Source: a marine bacterium B5-7
GTDB taxonomy: Bacteria; Pseudomonadota; Gammaproteobacteria; Arenicellales; CAJQKF01
NCBI GenBank assembly: GCA_021604525.1
Contig: BQJD01000007.1
Coordinates: 9,950-73,949, forward strand
Reading direction: 5' to 3'
DNA: 64,000 nt
Positions within the stretch are counted from its first letter, which is position 1. Each line of letters starts with the position of its first letter. Below are positions 22,803 to 31,379 of the stretch, piece after piece. The position numbers were made by a program, and so were the translations under genes. Below the pieces are notes generated by a model. That model saw only the letters and a list, made by a program, of their open reading frames with translations. It was not told the origin of the DNA and did not search any database.

Positions 22803-23180
22803 ATGGCGGCAAAGAAAAAGACGGCCAAAAAAGTAACCAAGAAAGCGACTCGCAAGAAAGTCTCTAAAAAGAAAGTTGCCAAGAAGGCAACCAAAAAGAA
22901 AGCAACCAAAAAGAAGGCAGCTAAGAAGACAGCTCGAAAAGTAGCCAAGAAGAAAGCAACAAAGAAAAAAGCCGCTAAAAAGAAAGCGACTAAGAAAAAG
23001 GCGACCAAGAAAAAGGCCGCCAAGAAGAAAGCAACAAAGAAAAAAGCCGCTAAAAAGAAAGCGACCAAGAAAAAAGCTGCCAAGAAAAAGGTAGCAAAGA
23101 AAAAGGCGACCAAGAAAAAAGCTGCTAAAAAGAAAGCAGCAAAGAAAAAGGTCACGCGCAAAACTACTGCGCGGCGGTAA
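22803..23180 (+). CDS. histone H1-like Lys/Ala-repeat DNA-binding protein
   Basis: 125 aa composed almost entirely of KKxAxKK repeats (MAAKKKTAKKVTKKATRKKVSKKKVAKKATKKKATKKKAAKK...). GGAGGAG lies 6 nt upstream of the ATG and strong terminators follow downstream. Confidence 0.75.
   Translation: MAAKKKTAKKVTKKATRKKVSKKKVAKKATKKKATKKKAAKKTARKVAKKKATKKKAAKKKATKKKATKKKAAKKKATKKKAAKKKATKKKAAKKKVAKKKATKKKAAKKKAAKKKVTRKTTARR
22944..23065 (+). repeat. intragenic direct repeat (47 nt perfect, 75-nt period) within the K/A-repeat gene
   Basis: gccaagaagaaagcaacaaagaaaaaagccgctaaaaagaaagcgac occurs identically at 22944-22990 and 23019-23065, which is 25 codons apart. Confidence 0.9.
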
Positions 23181-23196
23181 ATTACCGGTAACCTGA

Positions 23197-23229
23197 CAAA
23201 GAAGGGCAGCTATATGCTGCCCTTCTTTG
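23197..23229 (+). terminator. terminator hairpin after the histone-like gene
   Basis: Perfect 14-bp stem CAAAGAAGGGCAGC / GCTGCCCTTCTTTG with loop TATAT, followed by TTGT. Starts 17 nt after the stop codon. Confidence 0.7.
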
Positions 23230-23273
23230 TTGTATGGAAAACCGGTCTTATTGGCCATGGCAATAAGACCCGG

Positions 23274-23314
23274 AACCCATTAACTGAATGGGTTGATCTG
23301 TTTTATGCTTTTTT
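23274..23314 (+). terminator. second rho-independent terminator in the convergent gap
   Basis: 8-bp stem AACCCATT / AATGGGTT with loop AACTG, followed by GATCTGTTTTATGCTTTTTT. Confidence 0.55.
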
Positions 23315-23440
23315 CGCCGAAGCCCGTGCTGCCAACACCTCAATAACGGGATACCGCTTACAAAGTAAGTTGCAATTGTTTGCCTACTGACAGTGAAACA
23401 TCTTTGATGTGGCGCGAGAATAAGCTGTTAAAGCATTTTA

Positions 23441-23965
23441 CTAGATGTCAGCCGTATCCATCAGATCGAGCAGGATCTGCTCGATCTCGCTATCCTCCCA
23501 ATCACGTTCGCCAAGTGCCTTATAGCGAATCGTTCCATTTGGATCAACAATAAATGTTGTCGGTAAACCAAAGACCGGCCAGTTCTTGACCACGGTAAGA
23601 TCCTCATCGAGGAATACCGGAAAGTCGATAGGTGCCTTGAACGACGCTAAAAACGAACGTACGGTTTCAGCGTCCTCACCGATATTAATAGCAAGCAATA
23701 CGAATTTTGATTCCCGATGCTTTTCCCACAGGGCCTGCATCGAAGGTAATTCCTTAAGACAAGGAGGACACCAGGTTGCCCAGAAGTTTACAACTATCAC
23801 CTTGCCAACGAACTCATCGACAGATCGCGTTTTACCGTCGAGATCCAAAAGTGTGGTTTGCGGTATTGGCATCTCAGGTACAACGACCGAAAGCGATGCT
23901 GATTGGGCCACACCAGACAATAGTGACAGGGTACACGCGACTACTAGAACAAAATGTTTGATCAT
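23441..23965 (-). CDS. TlpA/redoxin-family periplasmic thiol:disulfide oxidoreductase
   Basis: The internal ATG at 23965 gives the signal sequence MIKHFVLVVACTLSLLSGVAQS. Motif FWATWCPPC. Confidence 0.8.
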   Translation of the reverse strand: MIKHFVLVVACTLSLLSGVAQSASLSVVVPEMPIPQTTLLDLDGKTRSVDEFVGKVIVVNFWATWCPPCLKELPSMQALWEKHRESKFVLLAINIGEDAETVRSFLASFKAPIDFPVFLDEDLTVVKNWPVFGLPTTFIVDPNGTIRYKALGERDWEDSEIEQILLDLMDTADI

Positions 23966-24082
23966 GCGATTTTCAATATTCAAATGGATTAAACCGATCA
24001 TTTCAGGCAGACCTGTCACTACACTTATGACAGCAGTCGACACGTGTCGTTCAGCCGGTGTTTGATAAACACCATAAACCTG

Positions 24083-24802
24083 CTAATACGAATGATCGGC
24101 GCGAGTAAATGAAAGCTCGTAGGTTCTTGGACTAATGTGAAAACATTCATAACCCGCCGTACGAAGTGTGCTCACTGCTTCAGCGGTTCGGGCAAGTGGT
24201 ATGGTTGCATAGGCGTGATGAAATTCGATCAGAATCTGACCTATGTCGTAATCATTATTTACAAGGTCGGCAATTACATCATACTCGCCGCCTTCAATAT
24301 CGAGCTTGATAAGATCAACATGCTCATGTTTGAGTTCATCAGCAAGCGTTGAAAGCCTGGCTACAGGCGCCTCGACGGTTTCTGCCTGCTGCTGATCCCG
24401 ATAACGCACAACAGGCGAGAAATGTGACGATGAACTTCGTTTGGGCGCATGAAAACTGATTGTGCCATCATGATCTGCTATACCGATTTCATGAAACTTT
24501 ACCCCGTCAGGCAGATGCTGCTGACGCATCCATTCAACGGATCGTGGTGTCGGATCGAAAATATGAACTTCGGCTCCGGTCAGATGATGCAGTTCAAGAT
24601 CGAAACTGATATCGGTACCCGCTCCAAACGAGTACACCACACTCGTGTTATCGAGCACATCGACCCGTGTCATCCAGGCACCGCTTCCCTCGCCGACGGC
24701 CTGCATTGAACAGTTTAAACTTTCAACAACACCGGCTCGCGTGAGTCGGCGGCGTCGATAGATCTGCTTCAACTGCCTGAATAATGACGGGTGCTCATTC
24801 AT
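24083..24802 (-). CDS. FkbM-family SAM-dependent methyltransferase
   Basis: 239 aa; VYSFGAGTDISFD (SAM-binding glycine motif region) and the C-terminal IDLIKLDIEGGEYDV are typical of the FkbM family. Visibly AT-richer than its neighbours. Confidence 0.6.
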   Translation of the reverse strand: MNEHPSLFRQLKQIYRRRRLTRAGVVESLNCSMQAVGEGSGAWMTRVDVLDNTSVVYSFGAGTDISFDLELHHLTGAEVHIFDPTPRSVEWMRQQHLPDGVKFHEIGIADHDGTISFHAPKRSSSSHFSPVVRYRDQQQAETVEAPVARLSTLADELKHEHVDLIKLDIEGGEYDVIADLVNNDYDIGQILIEFHHAYATIPLARTAEAVSTLRTAGYECFHISPRTYELSFTRADHSY

Positions 24803-25304
24803 CCATTCTTCTCAGCGGTTTTCTCCCCTTCACATCCACCACCTTGAACTTCCATCGCCGTCTTCCCTCGGTATCCGTATGGCGGGGTGCAACCGTGGTC
24901 TCGAACGGTTGCGTGTCACCAGGCGACACATGCAATCGCACTCGCTCATCGACCTCGGACAACAGTCGGCATGTCTCGCCCGCATCCGGGTCGCTTGAAT
25001 CGATACAGTCTTCAACACTGAATCTGATTACAAGGTCGGTCAAATCATCGTGACCGGAATGATTGGTGATATTACCGACAGCCCTGAATCCTCCCGCATA
25101 ATACGGGGTCATGGTGACATTGCTAACCTCGACACTGGCTGCATCGAGTTTTTCGGGCAGACCTTCGCCAGGGGGGTCAGTAACGTAATAAAGCCCTGCA
25201 GCAACCGCCACGAGAACCGCCAGCAACGAAAACGATAGCTTGGGGAAACGCGATGCCGAGACGATCAGCAATATTGCCAATACAGCGAGTAGTGCCCAGT
25301 ACAT
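24795..25304 (-). CDS. hypothetical membrane-anchored protein (2 N-terminal TM helices plus a beta-rich domain)
   Basis: 169 aa, MYWALLAVLAILLIV...LLAVLVAVAAGLYYV, followed by a soluble domain. Its stop overlaps the FkbM start by 8 nt. No family recognised. Confidence 0.45.
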   Translation of the reverse strand: MYWALLAVLAILLIVSASRFPKLSFSLLAVLVAVAAGLYYVTDPPGEGLPEKLDAASVEVSNVTMTPYYAGGFRAVGNITNHSGHDDLTDLVIRFSVEDCIDSSDPDAGETCRLLSEVDERVRLHVSPGDTQPFETTVAPRHTDTEGRRRWKFKVVDVKGRKPLRRMDE

Positions 25305-25620
25305 AGTCGATAAAATTCCTATAACTATCCGTAGTAAACAACACCCGATTCTATCTGAAACCTGCGGATCGTATCGGATGGATGTAAGATTGTGTCCTGC
25401 TCCTGATCAATTAAGCATCTTATGGTCATGGGTGTTTAAAATGTCCCTGATCGTTCTTGACCTTCTGATAGACCATAAATATCCGCCATGTGTGCAAGAG
25501 CTGGTGGCTGTACAGGACCAGGCAGTATAAAACTGGCAAATTAACGACATCTTGAGACTGGACGACACAGACACCATTTTTCAAAGATATTGTAATGCGC
25601 ATCAAACGGAACGTAACGAC

Positions 25621-26709
25621 ATGACGATTGAAAATCATAATCCCCGAAATCGCGAGGACGCCATATTGGCAGTGGCAGCAATTGCCCGTGGAATCAATCA
25701 TACGCCTCATCCGGGCGATGAAAACGCGAAGTTAAAAGACCGTATAAAAGCGTTGCTGATCGAACAAAACGCTGTTCTGGTAGCACATTACTATGTTGAT
25801 GAAACACTTCAGGACATTGCCGACGAGACCGGTGGCTGTGTTGCCGACTCCCTGGAAATGGCGCGTTTTGGCTATGAACATTCCGCCTCCACCATTGTTG
25901 TCGCGGGCGTACGATTCATGGGCGAAACTGCCAAGATCCTGAGTCCGGAAAAGCGCGTTTTGATGCTCGACAACGAGGCAAATTGCTCTCTTGACCTGGG
26001 TTGCCCGGCGGATGAATTTACCGCATTTTGCGATCAGCATCCGGATCGTACTGTTGTGGTTTACGCAAACACCAGCGCGGCGGTTAAAGCCCGGGCAGAC
26101 TGGGTGGTTACATCCAGCATTGCCTTGAAGCTGATCAACCATCTTCATGAACGTGGCGAGAAAATACTCTGGGCACCCGACCGATTCCTCGGCTCCTATG
26201 TCCAAAAACAATCCGGCGCTGACATGATTCTGTGGAATGGCTCGTGTATCGTCCACGAAGAATTCAAGGCGGAGACACTGAAGACGGTCATGCGTCAGCA
26301 TCCGGACGCCATGGTGCTGGTACATCCCGAATCACCCCCGGAGGTGATCGAGTTGGCTGACGTCGTTGGATCTACCAGTCAAATTATCAATGCGGCGCGT
26401 ACCGGCAACGCCGACACCTATATCGTCGCCACCGAAGACGGCATATTTCACAAGATGGCCCAGGCAGCCCCTGGCAAGAAATTTATCGCCGCCCCGACCG
26501 CTGGTGAGGGAGCAACCTGCGTTAGCTGTGCCCACTGCCCATGGATGAAGATGAACGACCTTGATCGACTGATCGAGGTACTTAAAAACGGCAACGATGA
26601 GATCATAATTGACGAAGAAATTCGACGACGCGCAGAAAAATCGATACATCGGATGATCGAGTTCGGCAAACAGCACGCACCTGCACCAAAATCCGTTAAC
26701 GAATCTTAA
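25621..26709 (+). CDS. nadA: quinolinate synthase
   Basis: The ATG at 25621 is the likely start. [35 protein letters not shown] closely parallels E. coli NadA. Confidence 0.92.
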   Translation: MTIENHNPRNREDAILAVAAIARGINHTPHPGDENAKLKDRIKALLIEQNAVLVAHYYVDETLQDIADETGGCVADSLEMARFGYEHSASTIVVAGVRFMGETAKILSPEKRVLMLDNEANCSLDLGCPADEFTAFCDQHPDRTVVVYANTSAAVKARADWVVTSSIALKLINHLHERGEKILWAPDRFLGSYVQKQSGADMILWNGSCIVHEEFKAETLKTVMRQHPDAMVLVHPESPPEVIELADVVGSTSQIINAARTGNADTYIVATEDGIFHKMAQAAPGKKFIAAPTAGEGATCVSCAHCPWMKMNDLDRLIEVLKNGNDEIIIDEEIRRRAEKSIHRMIEFGKQHAPAPKSVNES

Positions 26710-26736
26710 GGACGTTGAACCATTTCATGTCTGCGT

Positions 26737-27270
26737 ATGGCTGATTACCCGACGAATACCGAACCCACTATCGATATCAGATCGACTCGCAATGATGATA
26801 TCGAGCAGATTCAACAGATTTATGCTGATGCCGTGCTACACACAACGGCATCATTCGAGCTGATCCCACCGGATACCGAAGAGATGCTTCATCGTTTTCA
26901 GGATGTCGTCGCACATGGTCACCCGCATCTGGTGGCGTGTCAAAACGACAATGTGCTGGGCTATTGTTATGCCAGCGCCTTCAAGTCGCGACCTGGTTAT
27001 CGACATACGGTCGAGTGTTCTGTCTATGTACACAACGATATGCGCAGACAAGGCGTTGCCGTCAGGTTACTGGAATCGCTTATCAACCAGTGTCGCCAGC
27101 GTCAGGTTCACCGCATGATCGCTGTAATCGGCGATGTTGCCAATACCGCTTCAATCCGCCTGCATGAAAAACTGGATTTCACCCATGCCGGCGTTCTAAC
27201 CGAGGTGGGTTTTAAGTTCGACCGCTGGATCGACGTCGTCCTGATGGAACGTGTCCTGTCGCCAGTGTAA
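26737..27270 (+). CDS. GNAT N-acetyltransferase (phosphinothricin/YncA-like)
   Basis: 177 aa; IRSTRNDDIEQIQQIYADAV...TASFELIPP, RRQGVAVRLLESLI. Confidence 0.75.
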   Translation: MADYPTNTEPTIDIRSTRNDDIEQIQQIYADAVLHTTASFELIPPDTEEMLHRFQDVVAHGHPHLVACQNDNVLGYCYASAFKSRPGYRHTVECSVYVHNDMRRQGVAVRLLESLINQCRQRQVHRMIAVIGDVANTASIRLHEKLDFTHAGVLTEVGFKFDRWIDVVLMERVLSPV

Positions 27271-27311
27271 AACCGAAGTGCGACAGCCTTCAGCAGCAAG
27301 TAGCTGCGAAT

Positions 27312-28205
27312 TTACAATCGAGACACACTGAAGGTATTGCAGTCATTGATGCTCTTACCCTGCATACCGGTCTTAAACCAGCGGGCGCGCTGCTCGGAGG
27401 TACCGTGGGTGAAGCTGTCCGGTGAGACCCTGCCCGTAGTTTGTTTTTGCAGGCGATCGTCACCAATGGCAGCGGCGGCGTTCAGGGCCTCGTCAACGTC
27501 ACCCTGTTCTATGATATCTCGGGCTCGATCGGCGTGAACTGCCCACAGACCGGCCAGGCAATCCGCCTGCAACTCAAGGCGAACCGATAACTCATTGCCT
27601 TCAACCTTTGACACACGCTGCTGGGCGTTGTGCACTTCATCTGAGATACCGAGCAGATTCTGCACATGATGACCAACCTCATGTGCAATGACATATGCCT
27701 GGGCAAAGTCGCCGGGCGCGCCGAATTTGCGGCGCATATCGTCGTAGAACGATAAATCGATATAGACCTTGTTATCGCCTGGACAATAAAACGGCCCCAT
27801 GGCGGACTGCGCCAGACCACAGGCTGAACGCACCGCACCCGAAAACAATACCAGTGAGGGCTCAATGTAATCCTTGCCCTGCTGCGCAAATATCTCATTC
27901 CAGCTATCTTCGGTGTCGGCCAGCACAACCGATACAAAATCGGCTAACTGATTCTCCTGTTCGGTCGGCTGTCGCGCGGGTCCGCTATCAACGGACACTG
28001 ACGGCCCACCCTGAAGAAGAATGCTTGGGTCGATGCCGAAATATAGTGCCGCAACCACCAACACAACAAAACCGATGCCGCCGCCGGCCGACTTGCGACC
28101 GACTCGAACTCGCCGACCGCGACCAGTGGGAAAGCCGAAGCCACCATTACTCGTGCCGCGGCGATCTTCAACATGACTGCTACGCCTGCCTCCTTTCCAC
28201 CTCAT
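27312..28205 (-). CDS. ypfJ: YpfJ-family neutral zinc metallopeptidase
   Basis: 297 aa with a Gly/Arg-rich N-terminus, one TM helix and the HExxH motif AHEVGHHVQN. Confidence 0.8.
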   Translation of the reverse strand: MRWKGGRRSSHVEDRRGTSNGGFGFPTGRGRRVRVGRKSAGGGIGFVVLVVAALYFGIDPSILLQGGPSVSVDSGPARQPTEQENQLADFVSVVLADTEDSWNEIFAQQGKDYIEPSLVLFSGAVRSACGLAQSAMGPFYCPGDNKVYIDLSFYDDMRRKFGAPGDFAQAYVIAHEVGHHVQNLLGISDEVHNAQQRVSKVEGNELSVRLELQADCLAGLWAVHADRARDIIEQGDVDEALNAAAAIGDDRLQKQTTGRVSPDSFTHGTSEQRARWFKTGMQGKSINDCNTFSVSRL

Positions 28206-28255
28206 TGTTGTTTTTTACCTCCCCTTGATTAATCAGCATCCACGTGAATCAAATC

Positions 28256-28642
28256 TCACTCAGGAACACCCTGCCAGAGCATTTCATAACCAACCTCGTA
28301 GGCCTCTACACAGTGTTCCAGAAGCTGATTGAATTTTTCGTTAAAGGTTGAATCGGCATGGGATTTTTCATGCTGCTCAAACGACTTCCAATAGGTCACG
28401 ATGGCAATGTGTTCATCGGTGGTGACATGGGAATCGAACGAACCTTCACTGGATACGAATCCACTGAACTTGAATACCTGCCCACCAACGAAGCCGCCTT
28501 CATCGTCGCCATAAGTGTTCTTGACAACATTGCACATGTCACCAAGCGCCAATTCGACATCTTCGATACCGATACCCTCTTTCAATTTGACAACGTTAAA
28601 CATCATCACACAGCCGAAGGGAATAGTGATTGGTCCGAACAT
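28256..28642 (-). CDS. hypothetical small cytoplasmic protein (possible ABM/dimeric alpha-beta barrel fold)
   Basis: The internal ATG at 28642 gives a 128-aa protein. IAIVTYWKSFEQHEKSH resembles ABM-type motifs. The assignment is weak. Confidence 0.4.
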   Translation of the reverse strand: MFGPITIPFGCVMMFNVVKLKEGIGIEDVELALGDMCNVVKNTYGDDEGGFVGGQVFKFSGFVSSEGSFDSHVTTDEHIAIVTYWKSFEQHEKSHADSTFNEKFNQLLEHCVEAYEVGYEMLWQGVPE

Positions 28643-28760
28643 AAAAATCCTTGAAGTTGAGTTACGCCTGTCGTGCAAGCAAAGAATCGTCGTCAGTGCA
28701 TCAACAAGCCATGTCCGCAACCGGTACGCTTACCATCGTCTTGAAGAACCGATGAGTTAA

Positions 28761-29117
28761 CTATTGTACGCTGCCGAAGGATGCACTGGTACTCCCCGGC
28801 GGCGCCTTTAGGCCGGCGAGTCGACAGCCTTGAGCAACCGGTCCTTCAGGCAACAGTTTATACAAATAACGCACCCCACCCTTTGAATGAAAATGCTCTT
28901 CCAGAGCATCATGGATCTGCCTGATCGCCGGATCCTGGTTATTAACCATGAGTTTCTGTAACGCCCGGATGACCTCGAGATGATCGTCTGTCAACTCGAT
29001 ACCTTCACGACTCGCAATACGCTCTGCATCGGCGCGTACCCAGTTCTGTGGAGCATTCGGAAATTGTTCATCATGAACGCTGCCGGGATGCATGATGTCA
29101 TTCATTGAATCGGCCAT
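28761..29117 (-). CDS. TusE/DsrC-family protein lacking the C-terminal arm cysteine
   Basis: 118 aa. GGVRYLYKLLPEGPVAQGCRLAGLKAPPG aligns with the family consensus YLY.LFP.GPAKQ.CK.AGLPKP.GC. The final Cys position is Ser and a 9-aa tail follows. Confidence 0.65.
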   Translation of the reverse strand: MADSMNDIMHPGSVHDEQFPNAPQNWVRADAERIASREGIELTDDHLEVIRALQKLMVNNQDPAIRQIHDALEEHFHSKGGVRYLYKLLPEGPVAQGCRLAGLKAPPGSTSASFGSVQ

Positions 29118-29267
29118 TGCTTACCTGCCTCCTCGTACCCGAGGTCAATTGTGTACTTGAAAAATAATGCCGCAAGCGGCGCTGTCTTGCAAACGACCAA
29201 CATTGATTTCGAGGCAATAGGTTTCGCCTTTCCAGTAACTACAGCCGAGACCCGCTGGTTCTGATTT

Positions 29268-29723
29268 CTATTCAGGCGTGCAATCATCGCCTGGCGTATT
29301 ACCGGATACCCAACGTTCGCCATGACTCAATCGCTCCTTTTTCCAGAATGGCGCGTGGGTTTTCAATGCTTCCATGATATTCCGACAGGCACTGAACGCG
29401 GCAGCCCGGTGGGCGCTCCACACCGACACCAGAACGATATCGTCTCCGGGCAGTATTTGCCCAACGCGATGGATTACCAACACCTCGAGCACCGGTGTTG
29501 GGGCAACGCATTCATCGACGATTCGCCCAAGCTCCATCTCGGTCATGCCGGGGTAGTGTTCAAGCACCATCGACTCAACATGATCGCCCTCGTTGAAATC
29601 ACGCATGGTACCGATAAATATGGCATTGGCACCGTACTTTCCTCGTAACGACGGTTGTGTGGCGACGACCTGTCGTATCTCGTTAAGGGGATCGAATGCC
29701 TGTTCACGGATGTCAATAATCAT
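29268..29723 (-). CDS. moaE: molybdopterin synthase catalytic subunit
   Basis: 151 aa; MVLEHYPGMTE, VWSAHRAAAF, PFWKKE motifs. Confidence 0.87.
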   Translation of the reverse strand: MIIDIREQAFDPLNEIRQVVATQPSLRGKYGANAIFIGTMRDFNEGDHVESMVLEHYPGMTEMELGRIVDECVAPTPVLEVLVIHRVGQILPGDDIVLVSVWSAHRAAAFSACRNIMEALKTHAPFWKKERLSHGERWVSGNTPGDDCTPE

Positions 29724-29729
29724 GGCGTG

Positions 29730-29972
29730 TCAGCCACCTGTTACGGGAGGGAAAAACGCCACTTCGTCACCATCGACAACCGGCGCATCGAAATCCGCGT
29801 AAGTCTTGTTGATTGCTACCCGGACATGGGGATCGGGCGGCATGCGGGTTGCCTGCTCCCAGATCGAACGGGCATTGGCTGATTTATCGTGATCAGGACC
29901 AACATCCAAAGTCATCTCGGACGAGCCGATGGTTTCACGAAGTGCAGCAAAGAATCGCACAGTTACGCGCAT
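29730..29972 (-). CDS. moaD: molybdopterin synthase sulfur-carrier subunit
   Basis: The internal ATG at 29972 gives an 80-aa MRVTVRFFAALRE... protein ending in FFPPVTGG, the C-terminal Gly-Gly. Ends 6 nt before moaE. Confidence 0.85.
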   Translation of the reverse strand: MRVTVRFFAALRETIGSSEMTLDVGPDHDKSANARSIWEQATRMPPDPHVRVAINKTYADFDAPVVDGDEVAFFPPVTGG

Positions 29973-30177
29973 GGTGGGTTCCTGTCGTTTATGCAGGTAT
30001 GATCGGGCCATCAATCAACATTTAAACTCTGACGATGCGCCCTCGCCGGGAAATTTTCAAGTCCCAAACCTGCACAGGATTTTCTATCCTTGAGTCAGCA
30101 GACACACCGTAACCGAGGGGCGTTTCGATAATTCATCGGCTTTACTACAAGCACACCCCATGGGAGATTTTAATGCC

Positions 30178-30705
30178 ATGACACGAGAACATATACCGGT
30201 CAGCATCGCTGTGCTGACCATTTCTGATTCGCGCAGCGAAGCCGAAGACAAATCCGGCGCGCTGCTGGTAAGTCGTCTGACCGCATCCGGCCACCAGCTT
30301 CACGAAAAGACGCTGTGCCGTGACGACATCTATGCTATTCGCACCATTGTATCCCGCTGGATCAGCGACGATGCAGTGCAGGTGGTACTAACCACCGGTG
30401 GCACCGGTATTACCGGTCGCGACGGCACGCCTGAAGCGGTCATGCCATTGCTCGATAAAGTGATTGATGGATTCGGCGAAATGTTCCGGACCATATCGTA
30501 TGGCGACATAGGCACATCTTCGCTTCAATCACGTGCACTTGCCGGCGTCGCCAACGGTACTTACCTGTTCGTTCTGCCCGGCTCATCGGGCGCCTGTAAA
30601 ACAGCCTGGGATGACCTGATCGATAAGCAGCTCGACTATCGCACCAGGCCATGCAACCTGATCGAACTGATGCCGCGTTTGCTGGAGCACAAAAACAGCG
30701 ATTGA
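30178..30705 (+). CDS. moaB: molybdenum cofactor biosynthesis protein B
   Basis: IAVLTISDSRSEAEDKSG...VLTTGGTGITGRD, a MoaB/MogA fold. The start is ATG 30178 or 30160. Confidence 0.85.
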   Translation: MTREHIPVSIAVLTISDSRSEAEDKSGALLVSRLTASGHQLHEKTLCRDDIYAIRTIVSRWISDDAVQVVLTTGGTGITGRDGTPEAVMPLLDKVIDGFGEMFRTISYGDIGTSSLQSRALAGVANGTYLFVLPGSSGACKTAWDDLIDKQLDYRTRPCNLIELMPRLLEHKNSD

Positions 30706-30734
30706 GCAGGTTATCGAAAATTATGGCAAGGGTT

Positions 30735-31379
30735 CTAACCGCCGGCCGGTAATTCGTGTCCGAGACGAAGCAGGAATTCTCGTAAAAAACGATAAGTGAG
30801 GCCCCAGACGACTCGCGAATCGTCCGCAGAAAATCGTATTCCGGGGAAATGACGTTCGGTGGCCTCGCGCCACTTCACTACCACGCGGTTGTTTTCATCG
30901 ACGAGATGGGACAAAGGTAAACGGGCGACGGCAGCGACTTCGTGATTTAGTACCGGTTGTGCCGATGATTGCAATTCATAAACAAAGCAGGAGATGACCA
31001 TGCCCTCGGATGTGCCGCCGTGACGGCCCTTCATGTCATCAAGACGGCCGATAAATGATGAAGATCCAAGTTCAATACCGATCTCCTCGAGCGTCTCGCG
31101 CTCCGCAACCGCCTGCTCATCCGCATCAAATGGCTCGCGACGGCCACCGGGGAAAGCCATCTGACCCGACCACGGATCATTATTACGGTGCGAGCGTTCT
31201 ATAAAAAGCACCGAATGACCGGCAGCGGAAGGCTCAAGAATCAGTGCCACCGACGCATGACGTCGCATGTCTACAGGATGGACTATTGGGGTATATTCGT
31301 TCAGGCGTTCGAGCAGCATGTCAGTATCAATACCCAATAGCCCTGAGATCGGCTTATGGGACATTTGACGCTCACTCAC
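30735..31379 (-). CDS. NUDIX hydrolase, CoA pyrophosphatase-like (NudL type)
   Basis: FIERSHRNNDPWSGQMAFPGGRREPFDADEQAVAERETLEEIGI contains a Nudix box plus the upstream motif seen in CoA pyrophosphatases. GTG start overlaps the upstream OMP stop. Confidence 0.7.
   Translation of the reverse strand: MSERQMSHKPISGLLGIDTDMLLERLNEYTPIVHPVDMRRHASVALILEPSAAGHSVLFIERSHRNNDPWSGQMAFPGGRREPFDADEQAVAERETLEEIGIELGSSSFIGRLDDMKGRHGGTSEGMVISCFVYELQSSAQPVLNHEVAAVARLPLSHLVDENNRVVVKWREATERHFPGIRFSADDSRVVWGLTYRFLREFLLRLGHELPAGG

Noticed and set aside
22803-23180. Tandem repeats as a possible CRISPR or other non-coding array
   Set aside because: The repeats are in-frame codon repeats of an SD-preceded ORF. 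There are no unique spacers and no cas genes.
22608-23258. 216-aa and 128-aa Phe/Leu-rich, membrane-like ORFs antisense to the histone-like gene
   Set aside because: They are the reverse complement of AAG/AAA/GCN repeats and so necessarily read as F/L/A repeats. The sense strand has the SD, the promoter and the terminators.
30015-30177. Moco riboswitch in the moaD / moaB divergent region
   Set aside because: I could not find the conserved Moco-motif elements on either strand by eye. A covariance-model scan would be needed to exclude it formally.
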